Origin: Octopus sinensis
Taxonomy: Eukaryota
Assembly: GCF_006345805.1 (NCBI RefSeq)
Contig: NC_043000.1
Location: 82,460,001-82,524,000 of the forward strand
DNA: 64,000 bases
Direction: 5' to 3'
Part shown: positions 52,551 to 64,000 of the stretch, piece by piece
Position numbering within the stretch: position 1 is the first letter of the stretch
Layout: the number at the start of each line of letters is the position of its first letter
Made by a program: the position numbers and the translations under genes
The notes under the pieces: model-generated
Databases searched by the model: none
The model's input: the letters and a program-made list of their open reading frames with translations, nothing else
What the model was told of the DNA's origin: nothing

Positions 52551-53566
52551 AAGTTTCTTTATTGGCCACACAGGGCTGCACACAGATGGGACAAGTTACA
52601 AGGTAGAGCTTTTCTTTTGGGGAATGAAGAGAACAAAAAACAAAAGAAAAAAAAGGCGGTGGCGTAGGTTTTCGATCAAGAGGGATCGTAAAAGGGAAGA
52701 AAAGAACAAAAACAAAAAAAAATTTGAATAAAATAAAAAGAATAAAAAGAAAAAAAAAGAAAAGGAAAGGTACAAAAGGAAAGAGAATGAAAAAAGAAGA
52801 AAAAAGGGGAAAAAAAAGGGGAAGAGGAAAAAAAGAACGATCAGTAGGGATCGTGTATCACAGTGTTATAATATATGGTGTAAAGGGAAAGCAAGTAAGG
52901 TTTATCCGTGGGAAGAAAAGCCTACGAAAAAGACCACGGTAACCTTGGTCAATATTGTTATATGTTACCACATTTGTTTGCAAGTGGGTAACCCTCTGTT
53001 TTCAATTTCTGGGTTCATAGGATTATGCTCAAGGTGGCTTCGTCATTCATACGTGCCATCCTTGCTACATTCACCCATCTTTTTTTAAAACATTCGCTAG
53101 ACAAAACTTGCCTCTCTACTCTCACTTTCCTTTTCAAGTGGTACTTGAAGAAGTTGATGAGAGATTGACCAGAGAGGAAAGTGTTTGTCTCCATTCCTTT
53201 CAGACGCGTCCACCAGATACATTCTTTCGCCATAGCCACAAGGATGATGAAAATAGCTCTTCCTTCCCGTTTGAAGGAAGGAGGCGTGACAATATTGACG
53301 ATAGACTCAGCTGATAAACCGACTCGCCCCACACGTGACAGCAGTTGTTCGACATAAGCCCACAGGTCGGAAATTGTTGGACACTGCACGAGTGCGTGCA
53401 GAACGGTTTCGTCGCTCTGACCGCATCTCGGGCAGGTCGGCCCCGTGTTTCTCGAGTCGTGTCTGTAGAGCTTATCCCGAACGGGTAGAGCTTCTCGGTA
53501 GCACTGCCAGGCCAGGGATCTCTGGAAGTTGTCCATGGGCCCTGGCCCAAAAGTCGTCCTGAACAG
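52551..53566 (-). mobile_element. Young 5'-truncated Tx1/L1-clade LINE inside (GATA)n
   Basis: Uninterrupted ~183-aa C-terminus LAWQCYREALPVRDKLYRH..CPRCGQSDETVLHALVQCP; ~460-bp 3' UTR ending AATAAAGAAAC. Confidence 0.9.
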
Positions 53567-53679
<113 letters not shown>

Positions 53680-54495
53680 AAAAGTAATGTAGCAACAAAT
53701 CGTCTATTGTGCTTACTAATAGTTTCTTGCTATAAAAGTATTTCATCAGGCCATGTTTTTGTTTATCTAGCTCTATTTTGAAAGAAAATCATTTTGAAAA
53801 ACATTAATAATAAGCTGTATCTTCTTTTGATTGAGGACACAACTTTTACATGGCAAAGAGCAGTTATTTCCAGTCAAACGTCTTACATGTTAATGGCAGA
53901 AAAATGTAAAACGAAAGTCCAATACAAGAAGGTAGAGTGGAGGAAGTGGATACACTATCACGAAAAAGATGGGAATATATAAGCTATGGGATATAGCTGA
54001 AGATAGATAAAAGGAAAAATGAATATATATATATATATGAAGAAAAATGGGAAATAAGTACATATGTCAGCAGCTAGGCAAGTGACGCAGTTAAATGTTG
54101 GTATTCAAATAGTTCATGGTAAATAGCTTATTGTGTATTCGCTTTTTCTCTGCTATGCAAAGATAACATCTTTGGCTTCCATTCTTGAAGGGTTTAGATC
54201 TTAAGATAATTTTCCATTTAACATTTATGTATACGTATATGCATATATGTGTGTGTGTGTGTTTTTATACGTATATATATGTATGTATATAAGTATGTAT
54301 ATATGTATGCATTCATCTATAAATAATTATAATTCTTATATATGCATGTGTATGTACGTATGCGTTTATATATATATATATGTATGTATATGTACATCTA
54401 TATTTATATGTGTATATATATATACATATATGTATGTATGTGTGTATATATATACATATATTCATATATATACATACACACATACGCAAACACAC

Positions 54496-54562
<67 letters not shown>

Positions 54563-55063
54563 CATGCACATATATATACATGTATATGTACATACACACC
54601 TCATGCACAATGTATATATATGTGAGTGTACGTATGTATGTATATATAGAGAGAGAGAGAGGCAGACAGACAGACACACACACAGACACACACAGACAGA
54701 GAAAGAGAGAGGGATATACAAATAGTTAAATATATTAGATATGCGTGTGTGTTTGTGTGTATTCGCAGGTGCAAATGCGTGTGTTGTGTGCGCGCGCTTA
54801 TGCGATGAACTCTTATGTTGCTCTCAGCATAAGAGCCTCCCGTTTGTTCGATCGGCTGAATGACCTAATCATTGAATTTTCATGTGTGTATTCCACAGGC
54901 ACTTGCACCCTTAACATAATTCACAGATAGAATCAGTGTGAGGTTGGGACATTGAACTACAGGTACAGTTCATACGACAGATTCTATATAGTTTCCATGT
55001 ATCCCATTTCATATTATATATATATATACGGTGCCCCAGCATGGCCACAGCTCATTAGCTGAA

Positions 55064-55475
55064 ACTAGAAAAATCAAAATCAAAATCAAAATCACACGAG
55101 CAAAACGACCCCCCCCCCGTCCAATGGACGGTGCTGAGTTGTCAAACATGTAAACCAAATTTTCTCAAAACAACTTGTCCGACCGTCCCATAGGCCTCTC
55201 TTTTGAGAAACACTGATTTAACCTAAATTTGAGACACCAGCAAAAGAAGAAATAAGGATAGACTTTTTCTATTCCAAGAAAAACGATTTTACAAATGCAC
55301 GTTCCCACGGCATTATCGCTCGCATTCTCACCTGGAATCGATTTTTGTAATTTTTTTCAAGACTTATACACTCCATGATACCGTCGGTATCTACATAAAA
55401 AATTTGAGCGCAATTGGATGGAGGATGCCCTAGAAGACACACAGACAGACAGACATAACGGATTTTATATAATGT
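55064..55475 (+). mobile_element. Helitron/Helentron-like non-autonomous element
   Basis: Starts ACTAG; hairpin CCGTCC-AAT-GGACGG at 55117-55131; 3' (CAGA)n then ATTTTATATA. Confidence 0.45.
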
Positions 55476-55581
55476 ATATATATATATATTTCATATTATA
55501 AATATATATATGTATATATTTCATATTATATATATATATATATATATACATGAGATGTCATCAACGCCAACATCACCACTA

Positions 55582-55612
<31 letters not shown>

Positions 55613-55922
55613 CAACAACAACACCATTGTCACCATAATTAGCCTCTCTACACCTACTATCACAAAATTCCAGTTACCACTGTTAGCACCACAAGCCCAA
55701 CAACCATATATGCCACCATTACCACCTTATTTAGCCAATATATTATGTAGTCGCTTTGTTTACTAGAAATAACAACTATATGTCCCTCGAATGATATCCT
55801 ACCGTCTAAATTTTTAAAAATAGACCCATTTGCTAACAATTCTAGACATGCTCCCCAAAACCCAGGAAAGTCACGGTTGGAACCTACGGCTAAATAACAA
55901 CAACCACCTTACTTCTCTTCTT

Positions 55923-56005
<83 letters not shown>

Positions 56006-56817
56006 GCTCTGTAATGCTCACTCAATAATCTCTCAACCGCTCCTTTCACACTTAGTTCTTTGTATTTCCTCTTCCCTCATCTTCATTTATTTCTCCTCCA
56101 ACAACAATCACTCCTCTATTTCCTCCTCCTCTTTTGTACACTTCTCCCCCTCTTTATTTCTCCACTGCTGTCTATCACTACCTCAAGTTCTGTCTACTTA
56201 CACCACAACTCTCTATTAACTTCTGTAATGTTTCTTCAGCGGCCATTTTTTTATTCTCCCTCCACGACTCTAATGTTTCTCAACATCAATTTTTAAAAGA
56301 ATTGTAAAAAAATATATATATACATTGAACAATTGAACAAAAAACTTAAAACATATTAAGAAAATAGTTAAAATTTCAACAAAAAATTGTAGAGACGTTT
56401 TCTTTTTCAGCTTTTGTTGCGTTTTTAAAACGTTTTTTTTTTAAACTAATAGAAGAACAACAGCAACAAAAACTAAAATAATGATTAAATAAACCTTTAA
56501 ATGAATTCTGTGTTGCTGAGTTATTTTGCATGTGCGTGTGTGCGTACGTATGAGTGCATGCGTGCGTGTGTGCGTGTGCATACGCACACACACGCACGCG
56601 GACGCGTATGTGTTGGTGTATGTGTGTGTGTTTGTATGTGTATGCATGTATATGTGAATGTATATTGATATATATATATACAAACACACATATGTATATA
56701 CATATATATATACACACATATGTATAGACACACACACACATATATATATATGCATGCATATATATATGTGTGTGTGTGTCTACACATATGCATGCATATA
56801 TGTATGTATACATATAC

Positions 56818-56861
<44 letters not shown>

Positions 56862-57629
56862 AAATAAATGCATATATATGTATATACATATATATGCATA
56901 TATACGTATATACATATATTTGCATATATATATATATGTATATGCATAAGTTTTGACGTATGTATGAATGCATGTGTGTATGTATCAACAGACAATGAAT
57001 TCTTCAATGATCGCAACACACTAAACTTTCGTTATTTCGATTCTTCCTCTACGTGTGCGTGTGTGTGTATATATATATGTGTGTGTGTGTGTATGTGTCT
57101 GTGTCTGTCTGTCTGTGTATGTATATATACATATCTGTATGTATGTATATATATATATATATGTATGTATATATATATATAATATATATAATATATATGT
57201 GTACATATATATACATACATACATATATACGATCACGTATATATTCACATACATATGCATAAATACATACATGACACACACGTGCACGTTTATGACTATG
57301 TGTGCGCATATAATTCAAGAGACGACCAACCTTGTGTCACATTAACGAATTGAATTTGAACTCCTCCATTTCGAGCTCTCTTTCTCTCTTTCCTCCCTTT
57401 CTCTCTTTACCCCTCCTCTCTTTTCCTCTCTGTCTCTCTCTCTTTCTGACTATCTCTCTCTCTCTCTCTCTCTTTCTGACTATCTCTCTCTCTCATTTGT
57501 TCGTTCTCTTCCTCTTTAAAAGTTTAATGTTTTTACATTAAACTTGTTGATAGATCAAAGATAAGGTTATCAAAGCCATGTTGTTTAATTCAACGTTTCA
57601 AGCATCTTACACTCATCATAAACAAGAAT

Positions 57630-57637
57630 TTATTATT

Positions 57638-57723
<86 letters not shown>

Positions 57724-58330
57724 TTATTATTATTATCGTCATCATCATCATCATCTTCCTCATCATCAATATTATTGTTATTGTTTTTGTTGTTGCCATT
57801 GTTGTTTTGAAATAATTAAAATTATACATTACACAATGAATATTAAACAGGCTATAATTTCATTGTTGCTGAATTGGATGTTGGTGAGGAAGAGGTGGAG
57901 GAGCAGCATGCGGGGAGGAAGGTTAGTAGGTGAAGTTAAGGAGGAGGACGAGGAGGAGATAAAGGAGGAGGACGAGGAGGAGAAGCAGCAGCAGCAGGAA
58001 CAGGAGTAGGTGCAGGAGTAGGAGCAGGAGTAGGTCAGGAGTAGGAGCAGGAGTAGGTGCAGGAGGAGCAGGAGCAGGAGGAGGAGGACAATGACAACGA
58101 TAACGGCAGCGAAGATAATGACGATGAAGACGATGACGACGATGATAACGACGATGATGACGACGATGATGACGACGACGATGACGATGACGATGACGAC
58201 GACAATAATGATGAAAATCATGATGATCCTAATAGTCATCAATGACACCGTCAACGACAACAACGATGATCATGATGTTTTGATGGTAATGATGATGATT
58301 ATCATCATCATCATCATGATCGTGATGATT
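57630..58330. repeat. Compound triplet repeats and GCAGGAGTAGG minisatellite
   Basis: Directly visible. Confidence 0.85.
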
Positions 58331-59039
58331 GGCACTTAATGAGAATTAAACTGTGGTAGAAAAACTTGTTCGCATGTATCGCATTTGTCGCTTTTGATAT
58401 CTTGCTTTTAACATGGTAGGACACAATATGTTACGTGTGGCCAGTTGTCATCAGCTTTGCCGTTCGGTAGTCTGAAATACAACATGTAGTGTTTCACGTG
58501 TAATTTTTAATCAACAGAAATTGTACCAGTAACGAGGAGAAAATTCATTAGGGATAATGACTATTGTTGCTTGGTAAGGCTGTTTTCTTCTGAGGATTAC
58601 TTGAAGGGTATACCTATCCACGAAATACTCGACTACATCTATGCTAATACAAAGAGTATATTGTCAAGGCGGTCGAACATTATATGTGTGTGCGTGTGTG
58701 TGTGTGTCTGTGTGTGTGTATATATATATACGCGCGCACGCACACGCGCACACACATGCATACATAAATGTATTTACGTACATGTATATGTGTGTACGTA
58801 TACATACATGTATTTACATGTATCAGTCTGAACTGATTGATGCAACGCAACCACATGCACAAAATCCTACCCCCATGGGACAATTGCAGGATGAGTCGAA
58901 ACGATCATCGTGTTGAACAAAGCTAGGTACTAAGCTCATCTTCCGTTTCCTTTACCAAATACAAATATATAAATATAAGCTGCGGTCATGCTGGGGCACG
59001 GCTGTTGACTGTGCTACACTAGTATTTGAAACCTCGTCA

Positions 59040-59262
59040 GATATGTAGCATTTGGTTAATGAGGGAGTTTGACTCCGCTGCCCTCATCTGTGTTTCCTAC
59101 CATGAGGTAAGTTTGTTTGGGACCCTTCACAGGAAGAGAGCCAGTTTTGTTTTAAAGAAACTTACATCCTCACCATGTAGGTCTTTCAAGCATTTTGGAA
59201 GGATATTGAAGAGCTGTGGGCCCTTGAAGCCCAAGTTGTTGTAGTATCTGGTCCTGTATTTT
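59040..59262 (-). mobile_element. 3' end of CR1/Jockey-like LINE
   Basis: SKYRTRYYNNLGFKGPQLFNILPKCLKDLHG resembles the C-terminal GP.L.N.LP..L motif of APE-type LINEs. Confidence 0.65.
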
Positions 59263-59750
59263 GATAGGATATATATATATAATTTTCAGCATACGATAGC
59301 ATCAAGTATTTAAATAGTAAAGGCACCAAGATAGGGCCGGGGACAATGCACTTGTGCACTTCGAACATATACTGACATATACGTACTTACTAAAGTAAAG
59401 AGCGATTTGTCACTCCATTCATGCACACACTCACAGAAACTCAGGGGTACATTCACGGTACGTATTGCATATTCGATTATAGGCTTCAGATTCAACGCAT
59501 AGAAGGTTCCAGATTAGGTGAAGAATAAACGATAACACATTCGCACTATGTTTTATTTTAGTGAGAATCTTAAGTGTTGAAATTTACTCTTAATTCACCT
59601 GAAGAAAACGCTTTTCATTCTTTTTTTCTTTCTTTTTGCATGATGCAACACTTTTGTTCATCAATAAAGAACCTATCTGAAACAGCTGTAGTGAAACTCA
59701 ACTCACCTGTATTATTGAGTGTGTTCACACACACACACACACACACACAC

Positions 59751-59806
<56 letters not shown>

Positions 59807-59928
59807 ATATAATATATATATACATACATACATACATACATACATACATACATACATACATACATACATACATGCATGCATGCATACATACATACATACA
59901 TACATACATACATACATACATACATACA

Positions 59929-59961
<33 letters not shown>

Positions 59962-60379
59962 GTGTGTGCGAGTGTGTGTGTGTGTGCATGTATGTATGTT
60001 ATGTATACACACACCCACATAGAGACAGATATTCATCGATTTATATGTCTAAACCAATTCCTCCAAGACTCTTGCTAGTCCAACGAGATAGTCACTAATG
60101 AGTAGACAGCTGGAAAGGAAGTGGGTGAGGTGATGTGCTGGACAATGCTTAATTAACAAAGTTTTGCTGTCTGTGTGAAAAATGAAGCGTAGAAACCTTA
60201 TGATAGTATAATTTAATTACAGAAAGATGTTTAATTCCGTTCTCTACTCATGGTTTCTGGAATCGTTGATTTTGGCCAAAGTACTTGCAATCATAGCTGT
60301 TATTATAGAAAAGCTCTCAAAAACTTCAGTAACAATCTTCACACTTGCACCTGAAACAAAACGACCGTTTCCAATATTA

Positions 60380-60596
60380 CGAGGGGATGCTGAAAAGTTC
60401 CTGGTTTTAAGGGTGTCGTGAAAGGCCTGGCTTGAGGCCCAACCTACTGAGTCCTTTTACATGGTTTAGAAAGACTGAAGAACCCCTGCAATAAGTGTGT
60501 GAATCTGAGAGGGGAATATGTTGAAGAAAATCATAATTAACTGATCCTCCTGGATTTTCTTTTACCCAAAGCCAGGAAATTTTCAGCACCCCCTCG
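60380..60596. mobile_element. Mariner-type MITE, copy 2
   Basis: TA-CGAGGGGATGCTGAAAAGTTCCTGG ... CCAGGAAATTTTCAGCACCCCCTCG-TA. Confidence 0.9.
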
Positions 60597-60876
60597 TATC
60601 TATTTTTTAAGAGAAGTATTCAAATTAGACGCTCTTTCTGTTTTCTGTTTTTACCCTTTTTAGCCCTTAATTTAAGTCCATGGGTTGCTTTACACGAATC
60701 AAATAATTGTGTGTTAAGGTGTACAACAGTAAGAGACATCAATCTAAATTATAAATTTTTTGTAGATAATATGAAAATTTATACTAGAAATATTTATAAT
60801 ACTTACGAAAAAAATAAACGTATTCACAATTTAGCGGATATAAAAAAATGGAATTTGGCTTAAAAGATATGTATAA

Positions 60877-61090
60877 CCCTTTAGCATTCAGATTTCTCTG
60901 TCAAATGTGATGCTTATTTATTCAAATTGATTTGAACAAATCATACTTTATCTCATAGCTTCAAAATTTTGTTGTTGCGATTATATATTTTAGAATGACA
61001 TTGTAGGTAGGTGTGAGATACCGAATCTGGCTGGTTTGAACATAAAACAGGTAGAATATTTGTGTCAGATATGTCCGATGTAAATGCTAA
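60877..61090. mobile_element. piggyBac-like MITE with truncated right end
   Basis: TAA-CCCTTTAGCATT left end and AATGCTAA right-end remnant. Confidence 0.55.
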
Positions 61091-61394
61091 TCACCAATTG
61101 TTTCTCTAACTCTCCCCAATACATTAATTAAGTACTTCAGATACCTAAGTAGTATTACCATAAATTTGGTATGGACAATAAAAGTGTAACCATAGAAGAT
61201 TACACTAACTTTTAAAACATGTGTCATTTGAAACTTTCCTCTTATAAGTTAATAACCCACATTGTATTTGTATATCTAGTAGCAATTTCCTGCCCTTGTA
61301 TTGCCAAAGCATAATCTCCAGAAAGTGCCTATGAGAGTCTATGAGAGTTTACACTTACTGTCAATGATAGTGCTATCCTGAATATAAATAACGT

Positions 61395-61900
61395 CGCGTC
61401 CGTCTTTACGTTCTGAGTTCAAATTCCGTTGTAGTCGACTTTCCTTTCATCTTTTCGAGGTCGATAAAATAAGTACCAGGTTGGCACTGGGGTCGTGAAC
61501 TTGTTGTCCTTGTGCTAAAATTTGAAACATTATTAGCAACGGCGAAAGCAGCGAGCTGGCAGAATCATTAGCATGCCGGGTAAAATGCTTAGCGGTATTT
61601 CGTCTGAGTTCAAATTCCGCCGCGGTCGACTTTGCCTTTCATCCTTTCGGGGTCGATAAAGTAAGTACCAGTTACGCACTGGGGTCGATGTAATTGACTT
61701 AATCCCTTTGTCTGTCCTTGTTTGTCCTCTCTGTGTTTAGCCCCTTGTGGGTAGTAAAGAAATAGGTATTTCGGTCTGAACTCAAATTCTGCCGGGTTTC
61801 AATAGCCTTGCGTCTTTTCGGGGTCGATAAAATAAGAAACAGTTGAGCACAGAGGCCGATTAAATTGTTTTTCTCATCCTCCGTAATTTCCGGTCTTGTG
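61395..61900 (+). mobile_element. Tandem SINE family B pieces
   Basis: Repeated TCTGAGTTCAAATTCCG..GTCGACTTT.CCTTTCATC.TTTCG.GGTCGATAAA. Confidence 0.85.
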
Positions 61901-62124
61901 CCAGTATCGATGACGTTGACATTTGTCTTCGAAGAAAATCTGCGGGAGAGGCATAATAAAATCGGCCCGGACACTATTTAAGTGCCTTCTGTCATTATCA
62001 AGCACCATCCATTAAACAACAGCGGTAGAGACAAGTATATTAAGTAAATGCTCAAAAGTAAAGAGAATATCATCGTATAAGTGGAAGGTACATTCCTCCG
62101 AAGTAAAACGATATTGACATTATT

Positions 62125-62530
62125 CGTTTCAAATTTTGGCACAAAGCTAACGATATCGGGGGAGAAGGTAAGTCGATTACATTGACCCCAGTGCTCAATT
62201 GGTACTAATTTTATCGACCCGGAAAAGAGGAAAGGCAAAGACGACGTCGTCCGAATTTGAACTGAAAACATGAAGACAGACGAAATGCCGCTAATCGTTA
62301 AACCCGGAGTGCTTAACGCTTCTCCTAGCTCACCGCCTTGAGAGGGTTATGATATTCCTTTCTACTATAGGCCGTAAATTTTGGGGGAGGGGGCTAGTCT
62401 ATTACATTGGCCCCAGTACGTGACTGGTACTTATTTCATCGACTCCGAAAGGATGAAAGGCAAAGTCGACCTCGGCAAAACTTTAACTCAGAACGGGCAT
62501 TTTTCCCAGCGTTGCCACCTTCAGAGAATT
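62125..62530 (-). mobile_element. Two SINE family B copies, inverted relative to 61395-61900
   Basis: GTCGATTACATTGACCCCAGTG...GGATGAAAGGCAAAGTCGACCTCGG. Confidence 0.85.
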
Positions 62531-62872
62531 ATGATATTATTGACAATAAGCGTAGCCTGTTTTAGTTGTGTGACTTTTACATGCATCGCATTTTGAAGAT
62601 TAAGCTTTTGCAGCTCAAACAAGAGATAACACCTAAACGTATGTTTAACAAAAGCAGACAATGTAGTCTTAGAACCGCCAATACTCGACACATATTCCAC
62701 TAATCTTACACTGATGTGGAAGATATTATACGTATGATCTGTAAGTGACCTTATATTATCATTATGGTACCTCTTCAATGTGGTATGATGTTGTTACTAA
62801 AACAGTGTACAATGGCCTCTGTTGGAAAGATCTCTGGAATAGAGAGAGAAAATATTTCTTATGTTAGGTCTT

Positions 62873-62925
<53 letters not shown>

Positions 62926-63281
62926 AGATGGATAGATACATAAATACATACGTACATACCTACACACACGCAGGTGTGCACACACATACACATACACTCA
63001 CACATGCACATGCACGCGCGCGGACACACACGCTCACACAAACACACATACACAAACACGCACGCACACATACATACACGCGTTTCAACCTAAGAAAGAT
63101 TGATGTTACCTTCTCGTCGAAAACTTTGACCAAATCCAAACATAACAGCCCTGATGTAGCTGCTTGAGTCAGAAAAGAAAGATTACATATCTTCTTAGAG
63201 GTCAACTCTCCTGCGGATGGCAATATTTCTTTCAAAATCTTTGAGAAGAAGGATATTTATGGACAACTGTAAACTGCTACA

Positions 63282-63690
63282 GGTGCAGGTGCGGCTGTGT
63301 TGTAGGAAGGTTGCTTCCCAACCACATGGTTCTGGGGTTCAGTCCCACAGCGTGGCACCTTGGACAAGTGTCGTCTCCTAATGCGTCGGGCTGACCAAAG
63401 TCTTGTGGGTGGATTTGGTAGACAGAAACTGAAAGAATCCTGCCGTATATACATATGTGTGTGTGTTTGTGTGTGAGTGTGTGTGTGTGTATCTGTCTGT
63501 CTGTCTGTGTCTGTTTGTCCTCTAACACCCCTTGATAACCTATGTGGGCGTGTTTACGTCCCTATAATTTAGCGGTTCGAGAAAAAGCGACCGATAGAAT
63601 ATGTACGAGGCTTTAAAAAAGTACTGAAGTCGATTCATTTGACTAGATATTCTTCAAGGAGGTGCCCCAGTATGGCCACAGTGTGAAGCA
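63282..63690 (+). mobile_element. SINE family A, diverged
   Basis: Head, CORE-like block, TG tract and 3' region present. Confidence 0.8.
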
Positions 63691-63784
63691 TGTAAGAAAT
63701 GAAAGCTGAAAGATAAACCTTACAGCTTCTCTATTTGAATTACAGAATAAACGTTATACCTGTAATTATTGATGCCTTTGGTTA

Positions 63785-63878
63785 CTTTATCTTTTATCTT
63801 TTACTTGTTTCAGTCACTGAACTGCAGCCAAGCTGGAGCACCACCTTGAAGGGTCTAGTAAAACAAATCGACTCCAGG
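63785..63878 (-). mobile_element. SINE family A 3' end
   Basis: TTTTACTTGTTTCAGTCA...GCTGGAGCACCACCTTGAAG. Confidence 0.7.
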
Positions 63879-63889
63879 TCAATGCCTGG

Positions 63890-64000
63890 AATTGAAATCG
63901 GAATCTTGGGGTTAGTGACCCGTGCTCTTAACCACTACGCCAAATGCCCGTGGCGTAGTGGTTAAGAGCGCAGGCAACTAACCCCAATTTTTCGAGTTCG
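63890..64000. repeat. Palindrome of two divergent tRNA-like 5' halves, cut by window edge
   Basis: Perfect 19-bp arms 63924-63942 / 63951-63969; A box TGGCGTAGTGG on each strand. Confidence 0.8.

Noticed and set aside
57990-58080. Silk/elastin-like AGVGAGVG reading of a minisatellite
   Set aside because: Short, frameshifted at GGTCAGG, embedded among triplet microsatellites, no splice signals.
58885-58915. CAGGATGAGTCGAAACGATCATCGT hammerhead-like string
   Set aside because: Core is not CUGANGA, there is no stem II, and the triplet is GUG.
59026-59244. Strong donor GAG/GTAAGT at 59107 and ORF
   Set aside because: Lies antisense within a LINE 3' fragment.
60270-60350. Minus-strand acceptor TTTTGTTTCAG followed by CKCEDCY* or GASVKIVTEVF..., suggestive of a Cys-rich peptide
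   Set aside because: The Cys frame stops at once although it would be the most 5' exon; the other frame has only a weak donor.

Overview
AT-rich, repeat-saturated eukaryotic DNA with no prokaryotic features. The SINE families, microsatellite density and LINE set point to an octopod cephalopod genome (inference). I could not support any intact cellular gene; most six-frame ORFs are microsatellite translations. The window holds: several R4/Dong-type REL-endonuclease LINE fragments, two Tx1/L1-type LINE copies, RTE, CR1/Jockey-like and Penelope remnants, mariner/maT transposase relics, several MITEs and foldback elements, Helentron-associated elements, and about 25 copies of three tRNA-derived SINE families. 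The most interesting unexplained items are: (1) a ~530-bp heavily base-paired non-coding element with a candidate pseudoknot inside a (TA)n tract (39674-40206); (2) a ~550-bp non-coding element found repeatedly in (TAA)n tracts, a candidate non-autonomous R4/Dong partner; (3) a foldback element with telomeric repeats in its arms; (4) a young Tx1 copy inside (GATA)n; (5) pre-miRNA-like hairpins; (6) a cryptic motif array in a CA-rich tract. All alignments and folds were done by eye, so element boundaries are approximate.
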